This document shows positions 1 through 7,309 of a stretch of 32,000 bases of DNA, piece after piece. The notes under the pieces are model-generated. The model saw only the letters and a program-made list of their open reading frames with translations, had not been told where the DNA came from and made no database searches. The position numbers and the translations under genes are program-made. Each line of letters starts with the position of its first letter. The stretch's first letter is position 1. The stretch is from Faecalibaculum rodentium (GTDB taxonomy: Bacteria > Bacillota_I > Bacilli_A > Erysipelotrichales > Erysipelotrichaceae): the NCBI RefSeq assembly GCF_001564455.1, contig NZ_CP011391.1, forward strand, positions 90,001-122,000. The letters are read 5' to 3'.

Positions 1-2
1 AG

Positions 3-326
3 ATCCTGAAACCCCGTCTGATGCCCCTCTCTGTGCTTCGCCGCTACCATACGCTGACATCGCGGGAGGAAAGCCTGCTGGCCAATCAGCTTGCTGCAGC
101 CCTGCGGGAAGCGAAAAAAGCCCGGCTTCACAAAAACCGGGTTCTGGAATCGGATGTATATGTCGCCCAGGAACATGAATTCCTGCTGGACCTGACCGGT
201 CTGGACTGGCCGGTGGTGCCGCAGGAAGAGTGTGATACGCTGGAAACCTTGGTGGATGTGGTCAGAGATCCGGATCTACGTCAGCGTCTGCGCCGGCAGC
301 CTCTGTTCGGCGATGTTTCTGAATGA
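3..326 (+). CDS. C-terminal part of a hypothetical protein (5' end lies outside the window)
   Basis: Frame is open from base 3 to the TGA at 324-326. Codon usage matches the host (CTG/GAA/GCC rich). No family recognised. The last 65 nt overlap the convergent recQ 3' end. Confidence 0.5.
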   Translation: MLKPRLMPLSVLRRYHTLTSREESLLANQLAAALREAKKARLHKNRVLESDVYVAQEHEFLLDLTGLDWPVVPQEECDTLETLVDVVRDPDLRQRLRRQPLFGDVSE

Positions 327-2112
327 CACGCAGGAACGCCTGACCATATTTTCTCAGCTTGATCTCGCCAATCCCCTGCACCCGGAGCATCTCTTCCTTC
401 GTGCAGGGCTTTTTCGATGCCATGGCATGCAGCGTTGCATCGTTGAACACAGCATAGGCCGGGATCCGGTGTTTCTGCGCAATGGTTCTCCGGACATCCC
501 GCAGTGCCTCAAAGAGCTCATCGCTTTCCTCCAGGACGGTATACCGTTCGGCAGAGGTGGCGGTTTTCACTGTCACGGGACTGTGGGAGGAAATTGCCCG
601 GCAGGCTTTTGGCGTCAGGGACAGGATGGGATAGTCTCCCGTCACCTGCAGGTATCCGTTTTCGCAGAGCTGCGTCACCAGTGTTTCCAGCAATCTGGCT
701 GTGTGCTCCCGAAGCTTTCCGTATGCCGGGTTTGTCTTCAGGTTCCGGCTGCGGATGAATTCTGTATCCGCACCACGCAGCACTTCGATGACACGCTTCT
801 GACCGAACCGGGATCCGGTCCGGACAATGCCCGCAAAGATGGCCATGGCCATTGCAGTCACATCCCGGTCCTCGTAGTCTGCCAGACAGTTGGAGCACTT
901 GCCACAGTCCTCCCCCGGATCCTCCCCGAAGTACCGGAGGATCTGTGAACGCAGACAGCTTGTGGACTGTGCATAGGACCGCATCTGGAACAGTCGGTCC
1001 ATGTCGCGCTTCTTCACCAGCTGTGCTTCCTCCTGCGACAGCTCGGGGTTCGGGTCGCCGTTTTCAATCATGTAGGACTGCAGCCGCAGATCCTGGGGAC
1101 TGTACAGCAGAATGCACTGAGCCGGATCACCGTCCCGTCCGGCACGCCCGGCTTCCTGGTAATAGGCCTCCATGGAAGCCGGCATCTGGTAGTGGATGAC
1201 GTAGCGGACATCCGGCTTGTTGATGCCCATGCCGAAGGCATTGGTGGCCACGATCACCGGAATGCGGTCATAAATGAAGTCCTCCTGGGTCTGCCGCCGC
1301 TGCTCTTCGCCAAGCCCCGCATGGTAGGGTCGTGCGCTGAGTCCGCGTTTTGCAAGGTGTGCGGCTACTTCTTCCACGGTTTTCCGCGTTGCGCAGTAGA
1401 CGATACCGGACTGATCCCGGTGCTGCCTGATCAGATATGTCAGGGCTGTCAGCCGGTCGCTTTCCCGGTGCACCTGCCACGTGAGATTGGGCCGGTCAAA
1501 TCCCGTCACGACCTGCACAGGGGTCTGCAGGCCAAGCAGGCTGATGATCTGCTGCCGGACCGGGCCTGTGGCTGTGGCTGTGAACGCTGCAACCGGCGGA
1601 CGCTGGGACAGGGATTCTATGAACTCCCGGATTTTCAGATAGGATGGCCGGAAGTCCTGTCCCCATTGCGAGACGCAGTGGGCTTCATCCACCGCAATGA
1701 GGCTGATATCCAGCTCCCGGCAGATATCGAGAAACGCCGGTGCCATCAGGCGCTCGGGTGCCGCATACACGATTTTGTACTGCCCCTGCCGCAGTCTTGC
1801 AAGCGCTGTTTTGTATTGCGCGGCAGACAGGGAGCGGTTGAAATACGCAGCGGGGATCCCTGCTGCCACCAGTTCCCGGACCTGATCCTGCATAAGGCTG
1901 ATGAGAGGTGAAATCACCAGCGTGACTCCAGGGCAAGCGAGGGCCGGCACCTGGAAGCAGATGGACTTGCCTGCACCGGTGGGCATCACAGCCAGGAGAT
2001 CCTGGTGATGCAGGATGGCTTCTACAGCCTGTTTCTGTCCCGGCCGGAAGGCGTCGTATCCAAAGTATTGTCGAAGCACCTCCAGGGCGCGGGTTTGGGA
2101 CTGTTCTGACAT
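262..2112 (-). CDS. recQ: ATP-dependent DNA helicase RecQ (616 aa)
   Basis: ORF 262..2517 trimmed to the ATG at 2112, because MSEQSQTRALEVLRQYFGYDAFRPGQ is a canonical RecQ N-terminus. Motifs seen: Walker A MPTGAGKS, DEAH box VDEAHC, Zn-binding cysteine cluster (CGKCSNC), and a C-terminal HRDC domain (IPAYAVFNDATLHAMA...GIGEIKLRKYG). Confidence 0.93.
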   Translation of the reverse strand: MSEQSQTRALEVLRQYFGYDAFRPGQKQAVEAILHHQDLLAVMPTGAGKSICFQVPALACPGVTLVISPLISLMQDQVRELVAAGIPAAYFNRSLSAAQYKTALARLRQGQYKIVYAAPERLMAPAFLDICRELDISLIAVDEAHCVSQWGQDFRPSYLKIREFIESLSQRPPVAAFTATATGPVRQQIISLLGLQTPVQVVTGFDRPNLTWQVHRESDRLTALTYLIRQHRDQSGIVYCATRKTVEEVAAHLAKRGLSARPYHAGLGEEQRRQTQEDFIYDRIPVIVATNAFGMGINKPDVRYVIHYQMPASMEAYYQEAGRAGRDGDPAQCILLYSPQDLRLQSYMIENGDPNPELSQEEAQLVKKRDMDRLFQMRSYAQSTSCLRSQILRYFGEDPGEDCGKCSNCLADYEDRDVTAMAMAIFAGIVRTGSRFGQKRVIEVLRGADTEFIRSRNLKTNPAYGKLREHTARLLETLVTQLCENGYLQVTGDYPILSLTPKACRAISSHSPVTVKTATSAERYTVLEESDELFEALRDVRRTIAQKHRIPAYAVFNDATLHAMASKKPCTKEEMLRVQGIGEIKLRKYGQAFLRVIQKHRRTEAAGADADVDPDL

Positions 2113-2145
2113 GGTGAAATGATACCATACGCAGCCCGGCACACC

Positions 2146-2177
2146 GAAAAAGCGGCAGTGCGTGAAGCACTGCCGCT
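2146..2177 (-). terminator. Rho-independent terminator of the CHAP/3D hydrolase gene
   Basis: Minus-strand reading is AGCGGCAGTGC-ttcac-GCACTGCCGCT followed by TTTTCGG. The stem is 11 bp of perfect GC-rich pairing, 31 nt after the stop at 2208. Confidence 0.8.
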
Positions 2178-2207
2178 GTCTGTGACTGATTCTGGAAGAA
2201 CGATGAC

Positions 2208-3731
2208 TTACTTCCAGGCCACGGCGATATCGATCTGATAGGGGTTGCTCAGGGCAAATTCTCCTGTATCGCAGACGATGCCGGTTCCCAGGGAGGTTTC
2301 CACCAGGGAGCCTCTGGGGTGAACACGGAGATCGGCGGCGACCATGATGTAGCGGCCCAGCATTTTGCATCCATCTGCACGAACCCAGTAGAGGTCTTTG
2401 TTTCCCATGGAGCGCATGATGTTCACCACACCCGACATGGGGAGGTTGTAGTACGTCTCCTTGCCAGAGGGACCCATGATGGTACCCACAGTGCGGTTGA
2501 GGGGCTGACCGCTCCATACGCCTTCGACTTCGTCAAAGCTGAAGAACTCCAGATCACCGTAATCGGCGGATTCCAGTTCCTTTGCCCGTGCACGGAAGAA
2601 TTCATGATTGTTTTCCGGCACCTGGTCATCCAGTTTCGGATTTGCATAGGTCACTTCGCCATAGGCCTGCTTCAGGATTTCGGGAGTGACCACGCTGGTT
2701 TTCCAGTCGAGAATCGCTTCGTTCCAGACGGGATTGGAGACGCCATCGAAGTTGGCTTCCTGTATAAGCATGAGGTCCTGTTCCTCATCCACCGCCAGGA
2801 CAAGACCCACGTGGTTGTGGGCATAGTCGCTGGAGAAGACGGCACCGGCTTTGGGCATGTCGGATTTTTCGAATTTGTCCGGGTGTGCGGCCAGGAGCTG
2901 ATCCACGCACTGGTTGCCGTTTCCGGTGAATCCGGGATCGAATCCGTAGATTTCATAAAAGCGGCCCCAGGCAAACCAGGTGCACTGTCCCCAGAGACCC
3001 GGGGTGTTGTAGGAACTGGAAGAGCCTTTCCAGGCCCGTGCGTTGTTGAAGTCCGGCAGCAGGCGGATGTCCCCCAGGCCGGGTATGGTCAGGCGGGCAT
3101 CTTCCATGGTGTTGATGACCTTCAGCGGTGCATAGGGACCGGAAGGGATCGTGTAGCTGGGATTGTCCGGAAGTGCGGGCTCATAGGGTGCCACGGGAGC
3201 CGGCTGAACAGGAGCGGGTTCCGGTGTGGCCGGCTGTTCGGGTTCGGCAGGTTCCGCCGGTTTTTCAGAAGGTTCCTCCGGCTGTTCCGGCTCGGCCGGT
3301 GCATTCGGATCCTCCGGGTTTTCGGGATCCTCCGGGTTTTCGGGGTCCACGGGATTTTCGGGGTCCACGGGATTTTCGGGATCGTCCGGATTGTCCGGCT
3401 TGTCCGGAGCCTCCGGTGTTTCCGGGTTTTCAGGAGGCTGCGGCTGATCCGGCTGATCCGGCGCTTCCGGCTGCTGCCCGGCTTCTGGCTCGGCCGGTGC
3501 ATCCGGCTGCTCGGGGGCTGCCGGCGGTGTGACCGGTTCGGCGGGTTCCGGACTCACCGGACTGGTATTGGTCGGATCCGGGACTGTCGTTCCGGCAGGC
3601 TGTGTACTGGCTGATGAAGAGCCATCAGTGCCTTCATCAGGTACAATGGTCTCGGCAAATGCCGTGAGACCAGCTGCCTGCGCAGAAAGACAAACAGCCG
3701 TCAGAGCCGCAAATATCTTTTTTGTTTTCAT
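2208..3731 (-). CDS. Secreted cell-wall hydrolase: signal peptide, Pro/Glu-rich linker, CHAP domain, C-terminal 3D domain (507 aa)
   Basis: ORF 2208..3848 trimmed to MKTKKIFAALTAVCLSAQAAGLTAFA, which reads as a signal peptide. CHAP catalytic context is WGQCTWFAWGRFYEIYGF ... HVGLVLAV. The C-terminal 3D/YuiC-like motif is IMVAADLRVHPRGSLVETSLGTGIVCDTGEF...IDIAVAW. The start codon is uncertain because the SD is weak. Confidence 0.85.
   Translation of the reverse strand: MKTKKIFAALTAVCLSAQAAGLTAFAETIVPDEGTDGSSSASTQPAGTTVPDPTNTSPVSPEPAEPVTPPAAPEQPDAPAEPEAGQQPEAPDQPDQPQPPENPETPEAPDKPDNPDDPENPVDPENPVDPENPEDPENPEDPNAPAEPEQPEEPSEKPAEPAEPEQPATPEPAPVQPAPVAPYEPALPDNPSYTIPSGPYAPLKVINTMEDARLTIPGLGDIRLLPDFNNARAWKGSSSSYNTPGLWGQCTWFAWGRFYEIYGFDPGFTGNGNQCVDQLLAAHPDKFEKSDMPKAGAVFSSDYAHNHVGLVLAVDEEQDLMLIQEANFDGVSNPVWNEAILDWKTSVVTPEILKQAYGEVTYANPKLDDQVPENNHEFFRARAKELESADYGDLEFFSFDEVEGVWSGQPLNRTVGTIMGPSGKETYYNLPMSGVVNIMRSMGNKDLYWVRADGCKMLGRYIMVAADLRVHPRGSLVETSLGTGIVCDTGEFALSNPYQIDIAVAWK
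3307..3378. repeat. 18-bp in-frame tandem repeats inside the hydrolase linker
   Basis: ggatcctccgggttttcg occurs twice (3307-3342), then gggtccacgggattttcg twice (3343-3378). Degenerate copies extend to roughly 3230-3530. They encode PENPED/PENPVD hexapeptides. Confidence 0.9.
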
Positions 3732-3861
3732 ATTCAAATACCTGAAACTGTTTTCCTTTCTCATTCTTTCTTCATCTTTCCACAACATTCTACCATATTC
3801 CTTTGAGCGGATTTTTATCTTTTTTATATCAATTCCATGAAACTGCACGGAAGGCCTTCAA

Positions 3862-4896
3862 ATGAAACAAATTCCACTGATTATCCTGACATTATTCATC
3901 GTGAGTTGCGCGGGTTTTGGAATCTCCGGACATTGGCTGGGGTTGTTGACAATTGTCATAATCGCTGTGGCGGGGGTTGCGGTCTTCTCCAGGGTACTTG
4001 CGCGTTTTGCCCTGGACAGGAAGGCGAAGCTGAATCTGGTCAATTACTTTGATTATGAAACCGAGCACAGCTGGCCGGATTTCCGGGCTGCAGCTGCCAG
4101 GCTGAATGCCCGGCGGAAAACCTGGACCATGACAGCCAATGACGGTCTGCACCTGGAAGTGGGATACCGGCCTGGAAGGCCGGGCAGTCATGACTGGGTG
4201 ATTCTCTGTCATGGCTATGGGGATGATGCGCCGGATGGCATGGCGAAATATGCACAACCTTATATAGAGGCAGGATGGAACATACTGACACCCGCTGCTC
4301 GGGCGCATGGAAAGAGCGAAGGACGGTATATTGGCATGGGGTGGCCGGAACGGTTCGATATCTGCGGGTGGATGGAAAAAATCAGGGAATTCGACCCGGA
4401 GGCTTCCATTGTGCTGCATGGAGTTTCCATGGGCGGGGCTACGGTTCTCAATGCAGCGGGTGAGCGTCCACAGGGACTGAGAGCAGTTGTGGCGGACTGT
4501 GCGTTTACCGGGATTCGGGAGGAATTCGCAGCACAGGCCCGGGCCCTCTTTGGCCTTCCTTCATTCCCGGTCCTGGACATTGCATCTGTCTTTGCCGGCA
4601 AATGGATCGGGACGTCTCTCAAAGTGACAAGCACCACCGGACAGACAGCAAAGATCCAGGTGCCTGTCCTGTTTGTGCATGGAGCCAAAGACGCCTTCGT
4701 CCCCTTTGAAATGCTGGATCAGAATTTCTCAGCCTGCAGGGCGCCGAAGGCGAAGCTGGTGATTTCTGATGCGGCACATGCCAATTCTGTCTTCAAGGAT
4801 CCCGGATATGGAGAAAAGGTGATGCAGTTTCTGGGCCGTGTGCAGTGCGGGGAGGATGTGACGTCGATGTTTGAGGAAGAACCGGTACAGCAGTGA
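3862..4896 (+). CDS. Membrane-anchored alpha/beta-fold serine hydrolase (344 aa)
   Basis: Two N-terminal hydrophobic helices are present. The nucleophile elbow is GVSMGG, preceded by ILCHGYGDD. Late acidic and His residues (HGAKDAFVP, SDAAH) fit a Ser-Asp-His triad. GGAAGG lies 8 nt before the ATG. Confidence 0.8.
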   Translation: MKQIPLIILTLFIVSCAGFGISGHWLGLLTIVIIAVAGVAVFSRVLARFALDRKAKLNLVNYFDYETEHSWPDFRAAAARLNARRKTWTMTANDGLHLEVGYRPGRPGSHDWVILCHGYGDDAPDGMAKYAQPYIEAGWNILTPAARAHGKSEGRYIGMGWPERFDICGWMEKIREFDPEASIVLHGVSMGGATVLNAAGERPQGLRAVVADCAFTGIREEFAAQARALFGLPSFPVLDIASVFAGKWIGTSLKVTSTTGQTAKIQVPVLFVHGAKDAFVPFEMLDQNFSACRAPKAKLVISDAAHANSVFKDPGYGEKVMQFLGRVQCGEDVTSMFEEEPVQQ

Positions 4897-5029
4897 CATC
4901 CAGGAGGCTTACTGTCACTGACAGCAAAAAAATGAGAAAAAGCATGGACAGATGGGCGGTTGGGGGATATAGTAAACAGGTAGTCCGGCAGACGCCGGCC
5001 GCACAGCAAAATATAAGTTCAAAAAATGC

Positions 5030-5058
5030 TTGCAACTGGTTGCCGAACCTGTTATAGT
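5030..5058 (+). promoter_or_regulatory. Sigma-70-type promoter of the tRNA operon
   Basis: TTGCAA (5030-5035), a 17-nt spacer, then TATAGT (5053-5058). An A-rich tract (gttcaaaaaatg) lies upstream. The first tRNA starts 24 nt downstream. Confidence 0.6.
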
Positions 5059-5081
5059 AAGTAAGCACTTGATGAACAGAT

Positions 5082-5158
5082 GCGCCCATAGCTCAATTGG
5101 ACAGAGCGTTTGACTACGGATCAAAAGGTTGCGGGTTCGACTCCTACTGGGCGCGCCA
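5082..5158 (+). tRNA. tRNA-Arg(ACG)
   Basis: Cloverleaf folded by hand. Acceptor is GCGCCCA/TGGGCGC. Anticodon loop is CTACGGA, with ACG at 5116-5118. CCA is encoded. The T-stem has one C:A mismatch (5132/5146). Confidence 0.85.
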
Positions 5159-5170
5159 TTATGTTTTTAC

Positions 5171-5247
5171 CGGGATGTAGCACAGCTTGGTAGTGCACTT
5201 GGTTTGGGACCAAGGGGTCGCAGGTTCAAATCCTGTCATCCCGACCA
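5171..5247 (+). tRNA. tRNA-Pro(TGG)
   Basis: Acceptor is CGGGATG/CATCCCG. Anticodon stem is CTTGG/CCAAG with loop TTTGGGA. The T-loop is TTCAAAT. CCA is encoded. Confidence 0.92.
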
Positions 5248-5278
5248 TCTCAAAAAACAACTGAATCCCGTTAACTCT

Positions 5279-5355
5279 GGCTGGATAGCTTAGTTGGCTA
5301 GAGCATCCGGTTCATACCCGGAAGGTCGTGAGTTCGAGTCTCACTCCAGCCACCA
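5279..5355 (+). tRNA. tRNA-Met(CAT), elongator type
   Basis: Acceptor is GGCTGGA/TCCAGCC. Anticodon loop is TTCATAC. It lacks the initiator features. CCA is encoded. Confidence 0.85.
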
Positions 5356-5364
5356 ACTGTTTTT

Positions 5365-5441
5365 GGACCCTTAGCTCAGTTGGTCAGAGCATCCGGCTCA
5401 TAACCGGCGGGTCGTAGGTTCGAGTCCTACAGGGTCCACCA
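5365..5441 (+). tRNA. tRNA with CAT anticodon, probably the lysidine-modified tRNA-Ile2
   Basis: The sequence GGACCCTTAGCTCAGTTGGTCAGAGC...CTCATAA...GGTCGTAGGTTCGAGTCCTACAGGGTCCACCA closely resembles Firmicute tRNA-Ile2(CAU) as I remember it. It is distinct from both the elongator and the initiator copies in this cluster. Confidence 0.7.
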
Positions 5442-5452
5442 CTTGTTTACAT

Positions 5453-5543
5453 GGAGAAGTACCCAAGTGGCTGAAGGGTCCGGTCTTGAAAACCGGTAGG
5501 TCGCGTGAGCGGCGCATGGGTTCGAATCCCATCTTCTCCGCCA
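5453..5543 (+). tRNA. tRNA-Ser(TGA)
   Basis: 91 nt with a long variable arm (GGTCGCGTGAGCGGCGC). Anticodon loop is CTTGAAA. CCA is encoded. Confidence 0.9.
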
Positions 5544-5577
5544 AATTTTCAAAAAGTTCTAAAAAACTTTATTACAT

Positions 5578-5654
<77 letters not shown>

Positions 5655-5655
5655 T

Positions 5656-5731
5656 GGTCTCTTAGCTCAGTTGGTAGAGCAAAGGACTGAAAATCCTTGT
5701 GTCGTTGGTTCGATTCCGACAGAGACCACCA
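5656..5731 (+). tRNA. tRNA-Phe(GAA)
   Basis: Acceptor is GGTCTCT/AGAGACC. Anticodon loop is CTGAAAA. CCA is encoded. It starts 1 nt after the CCA of tRNA-fMet. Confidence 0.92.
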
Positions 5732-5743
5732 TACCTGAAAATT

Positions 5744-5771
5744 ACCGCTTTCTTATTAGAAGGCGGTTTTT
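5744..5771 (+). terminator. Rho-independent terminator of the tRNA operon
   Basis: ACCGCTTTC-ttatta-GAAGGCGGT forms 9 bp with one G:U pair. It is followed by TTTTT. Confidence 0.8.
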
Positions 5772-5805
5772 CATATTGCATCTGTCAACTCAATGATAAA
5801 AAGGA

Positions 5806-5892
5806 GTATCCGAAGATTTGTGAGGCCGGATCAAGCCTCCAAATTAAAACGAATATCCAAAGATTTGTGAGGTCGAATCAAGCCTCCAAATT
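5806..5892. repeat. Two tandem ~40-bp stem-loop repeats with a 47-bp period
   Basis: tatccGaagatttgtgaggCcgGatcaagcctccaaatt (5807-5845) versus tatccAaagatttgtgaggTcgAatcaagcctccaaatt (5854-5892). Each holds a GAGG(C/T)-N8-GCCTC hairpin. The AAAAGGAG string before repeat 1 recurs at 5908-5915. Confidence 0.85.
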
Positions 5893-6022
5893 TAATCAGT
5901 AAAACTGAAAAGGAGTTGTTCCTGTCCTTTCCGGCCTGTATGCCAGAAGAGTGTTCAGCTGAAGCGGGTTGGAACCTGATCCTCACAGTGGGAATAAAAG
6001 AAAAACAGGCGGAGAGGGAAGT

Positions 6023-6349
6023 ATGAATGTTTTGTGGGTACTGTGGCAGATTGTCTGACGGTTAGTCTGTGCAATTCTGTGGATCATTCTGAGTGCAGTG
6101 GTACTGCTTGCATATGGCGCAGCTATGATCTGGGAACTTTTGCATCTGCTTTTTTCTCTCCTGTTGGTCTGCACATTGCTTGCACTGGTGTTCAGTGAGG
6201 AGTTTAGGGCTTCTGTCTTCACACTTGGCGGTATGGTGAGCTTAGGTGCCGGGCTGCTTCTCTGGGTTGCAGTGAACTGCGGAGCCATCCTGGTTCTGGG
6301 AGTAATCGTGGGGCTTCGTGAGTTTATGTTCGAGCAGGCTTTCGGCTGA
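6023..6349 (+). pseudogene. Small multi-pass hydrophobic protein gene interrupted by an in-frame TGA (6056-6058); the alternative reading is an 83-aa GTG-start ORF at 6098..6349
   Basis: A strong SD (GGAGAGGGAAG) lies 2 nt before the ATG at 6023. The frame reads MNVLWVLWQIV-TGA-RLVCAILWIILSAVVLLAYGAAMIW..., continuous and hydrophobic on both sides of the stop. The GTG at 6098 has no SD. Confidence 0.4.
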
Positions 6350-6560
6350 TCCACCAGAGTAAAAAAGATTCGGTGGGGATTCCACCAATTCCCCCGCCTT
6401 CGCCCGACCGCTCCACCATTGGCAAATGGGCATTCATATCCGGCTTCCTGCTTCTGCAGTCAGCAGTTACATCTTGGCGCATTCTGCCACAGTTATCCGC
6501 CTGAAGACCTCTGACGCTGCTCTATATTGTAGGCTTTCTTTACAGAAAGTGAGGTATCCT

Positions 6561-7241
6561 GTGAGATACGAAATCAAGGGAGACAGTCTGCCTGTCGTGA
6601 TCTGCCATCTGGATCCTGAAGAGAGCGTCATGACTGAACGCGGCGCCATGACCTGGATGAGCCCCAACATGGAGATGCAGACAAAAGGAACCACGGTCTC
6701 GAAGGCCTTCGGCCGCATGTTTAGTGGTGAAAGCATATTCCAGAACATCTATACTGCCAGAAAGACACCAGGAATGATCGCCTTCAGTTCTTCATTTCCC
6801 GGAAGCATCAAAGTGATGAAACTGCGGCCGGGGGAATCCATCATTGCCCAGAAACGGGCTTTTCTCGCTGCCACCAGCGGCGTGACGCTCTCGACTTTCT
6901 TTCAGCGGCGTCTGTCCTCCGGATTCTTTTCCGGAGAAGGATTTGTCATGCAGAAGCTGACCGGCCCCGGTACGGTATTTCTCGAAATCGACGGAGCGGC
7001 GATTTCCTACAATCTGCAGACCGGGCAGCAGCTTGTCATTGACACCGGGAACCTCGCGGTGATGGAAGAAACCTGCACCATGGACATCCAGAGCATCAAA
7101 GGTATCAAAAACGTACTCTTCGGGGGTGAAGGCATGTTCAATACCGTTGTAACGGGTCCGGGAACAGTCACTGTACAGTCCATGCCTATTTCGACGCTTG
7201 CAGCGGAGATCCATGGAGTTCTTCCCCATTCCAGCAGCTGA
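6561..7241 (+). CDS. AIM24 / TIGR00266 family protein (226 aa)
   Basis: ORF 6426..7241 trimmed to the GTG at 6561, with GAGG 6 nt upstream. The MRYEIKGDSLPVVICHL start is typical of the family. Diagnostic blocks: GAMTWMSPNMEMQT, FGRMFSGESIFQNIYTA, GEGFVMQKLTGPG, LFGGEGMFNTVVTGPG. Confidence 0.85.
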   Translation: MRYEIKGDSLPVVICHLDPEESVMTERGAMTWMSPNMEMQTKGTTVSKAFGRMFSGESIFQNIYTARKTPGMIAFSSSFPGSIKVMKLRPGESIIAQKRAFLAATSGVTLSTFFQRRLSSGFFSGEGFVMQKLTGPGTVFLEIDGAAISYNLQTGQQLVIDTGNLAVMEETCTMDIQSIKGIKNVLFGGEGMFNTVVTGPGTVTVQSMPISTLAAEIHGVLPHSSS

Positions 7242-7265
7242 CAACAGAATTCATTCCGCATAGTC

Positions 7266-7309
7266 AAAACGGCACAGGTGCGTCTCTCAGGACGTGACTG
7301 TGCCGTTTT
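7266..7309. terminator. Bidirectional terminator shared by the AIM24 and DUF1836 genes
   Basis: AAAACGGCACAG-N20-CTGTGCCGTTTT, with an A-run on one side and a T-run on the other. The 3' arm overlaps the last codons of the minus-strand CDS. Confidence 0.7.

Noticed and set aside
3226-3447. A Gly/Ser-repeat ORF (GSSGFSGSSGFSG...) and other alternate-frame ORFs over 3122..3532. I also considered whether the 18-bp repeats could be a CRISPR-like array.
   Set aside because: They are other frames of the Pro/Glu-rich linker of the hydrolase gene. The repeats are directly tandem with no spacers and are in frame with a well-supported CDS.
5699-5902. A 67-aa ORF downstream of the tRNA cluster.
   Set aside because: It starts inside tRNA-Phe and reads through the operon terminator and the tandem stem-loop repeats. 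It has no SD.
6056-6058. The in-frame TGA read as selenocysteine, or as evidence of a TGA=Trp genetic code.
   Set aside because: No SECIS-like hairpin follows the codon. The nearby CTGTG...CTGTG is a direct repeat, not an inverted one. Many well-supported genes here (degV, cca, rmuC, macro, mnmM, PMI, GNAT) terminate at TGA, so TGA is a normal stop in this genome.
6351-6422. Three TCCACCA strings about 30 nt apart, which looked like possible tRNA 3'-end remnants.
   Set aside because: No T-arm (GTTCGAATC-like) or acceptor pairing accompanies them. Only short 5-bp hairpins can be drawn, which is too weak to call a feature.
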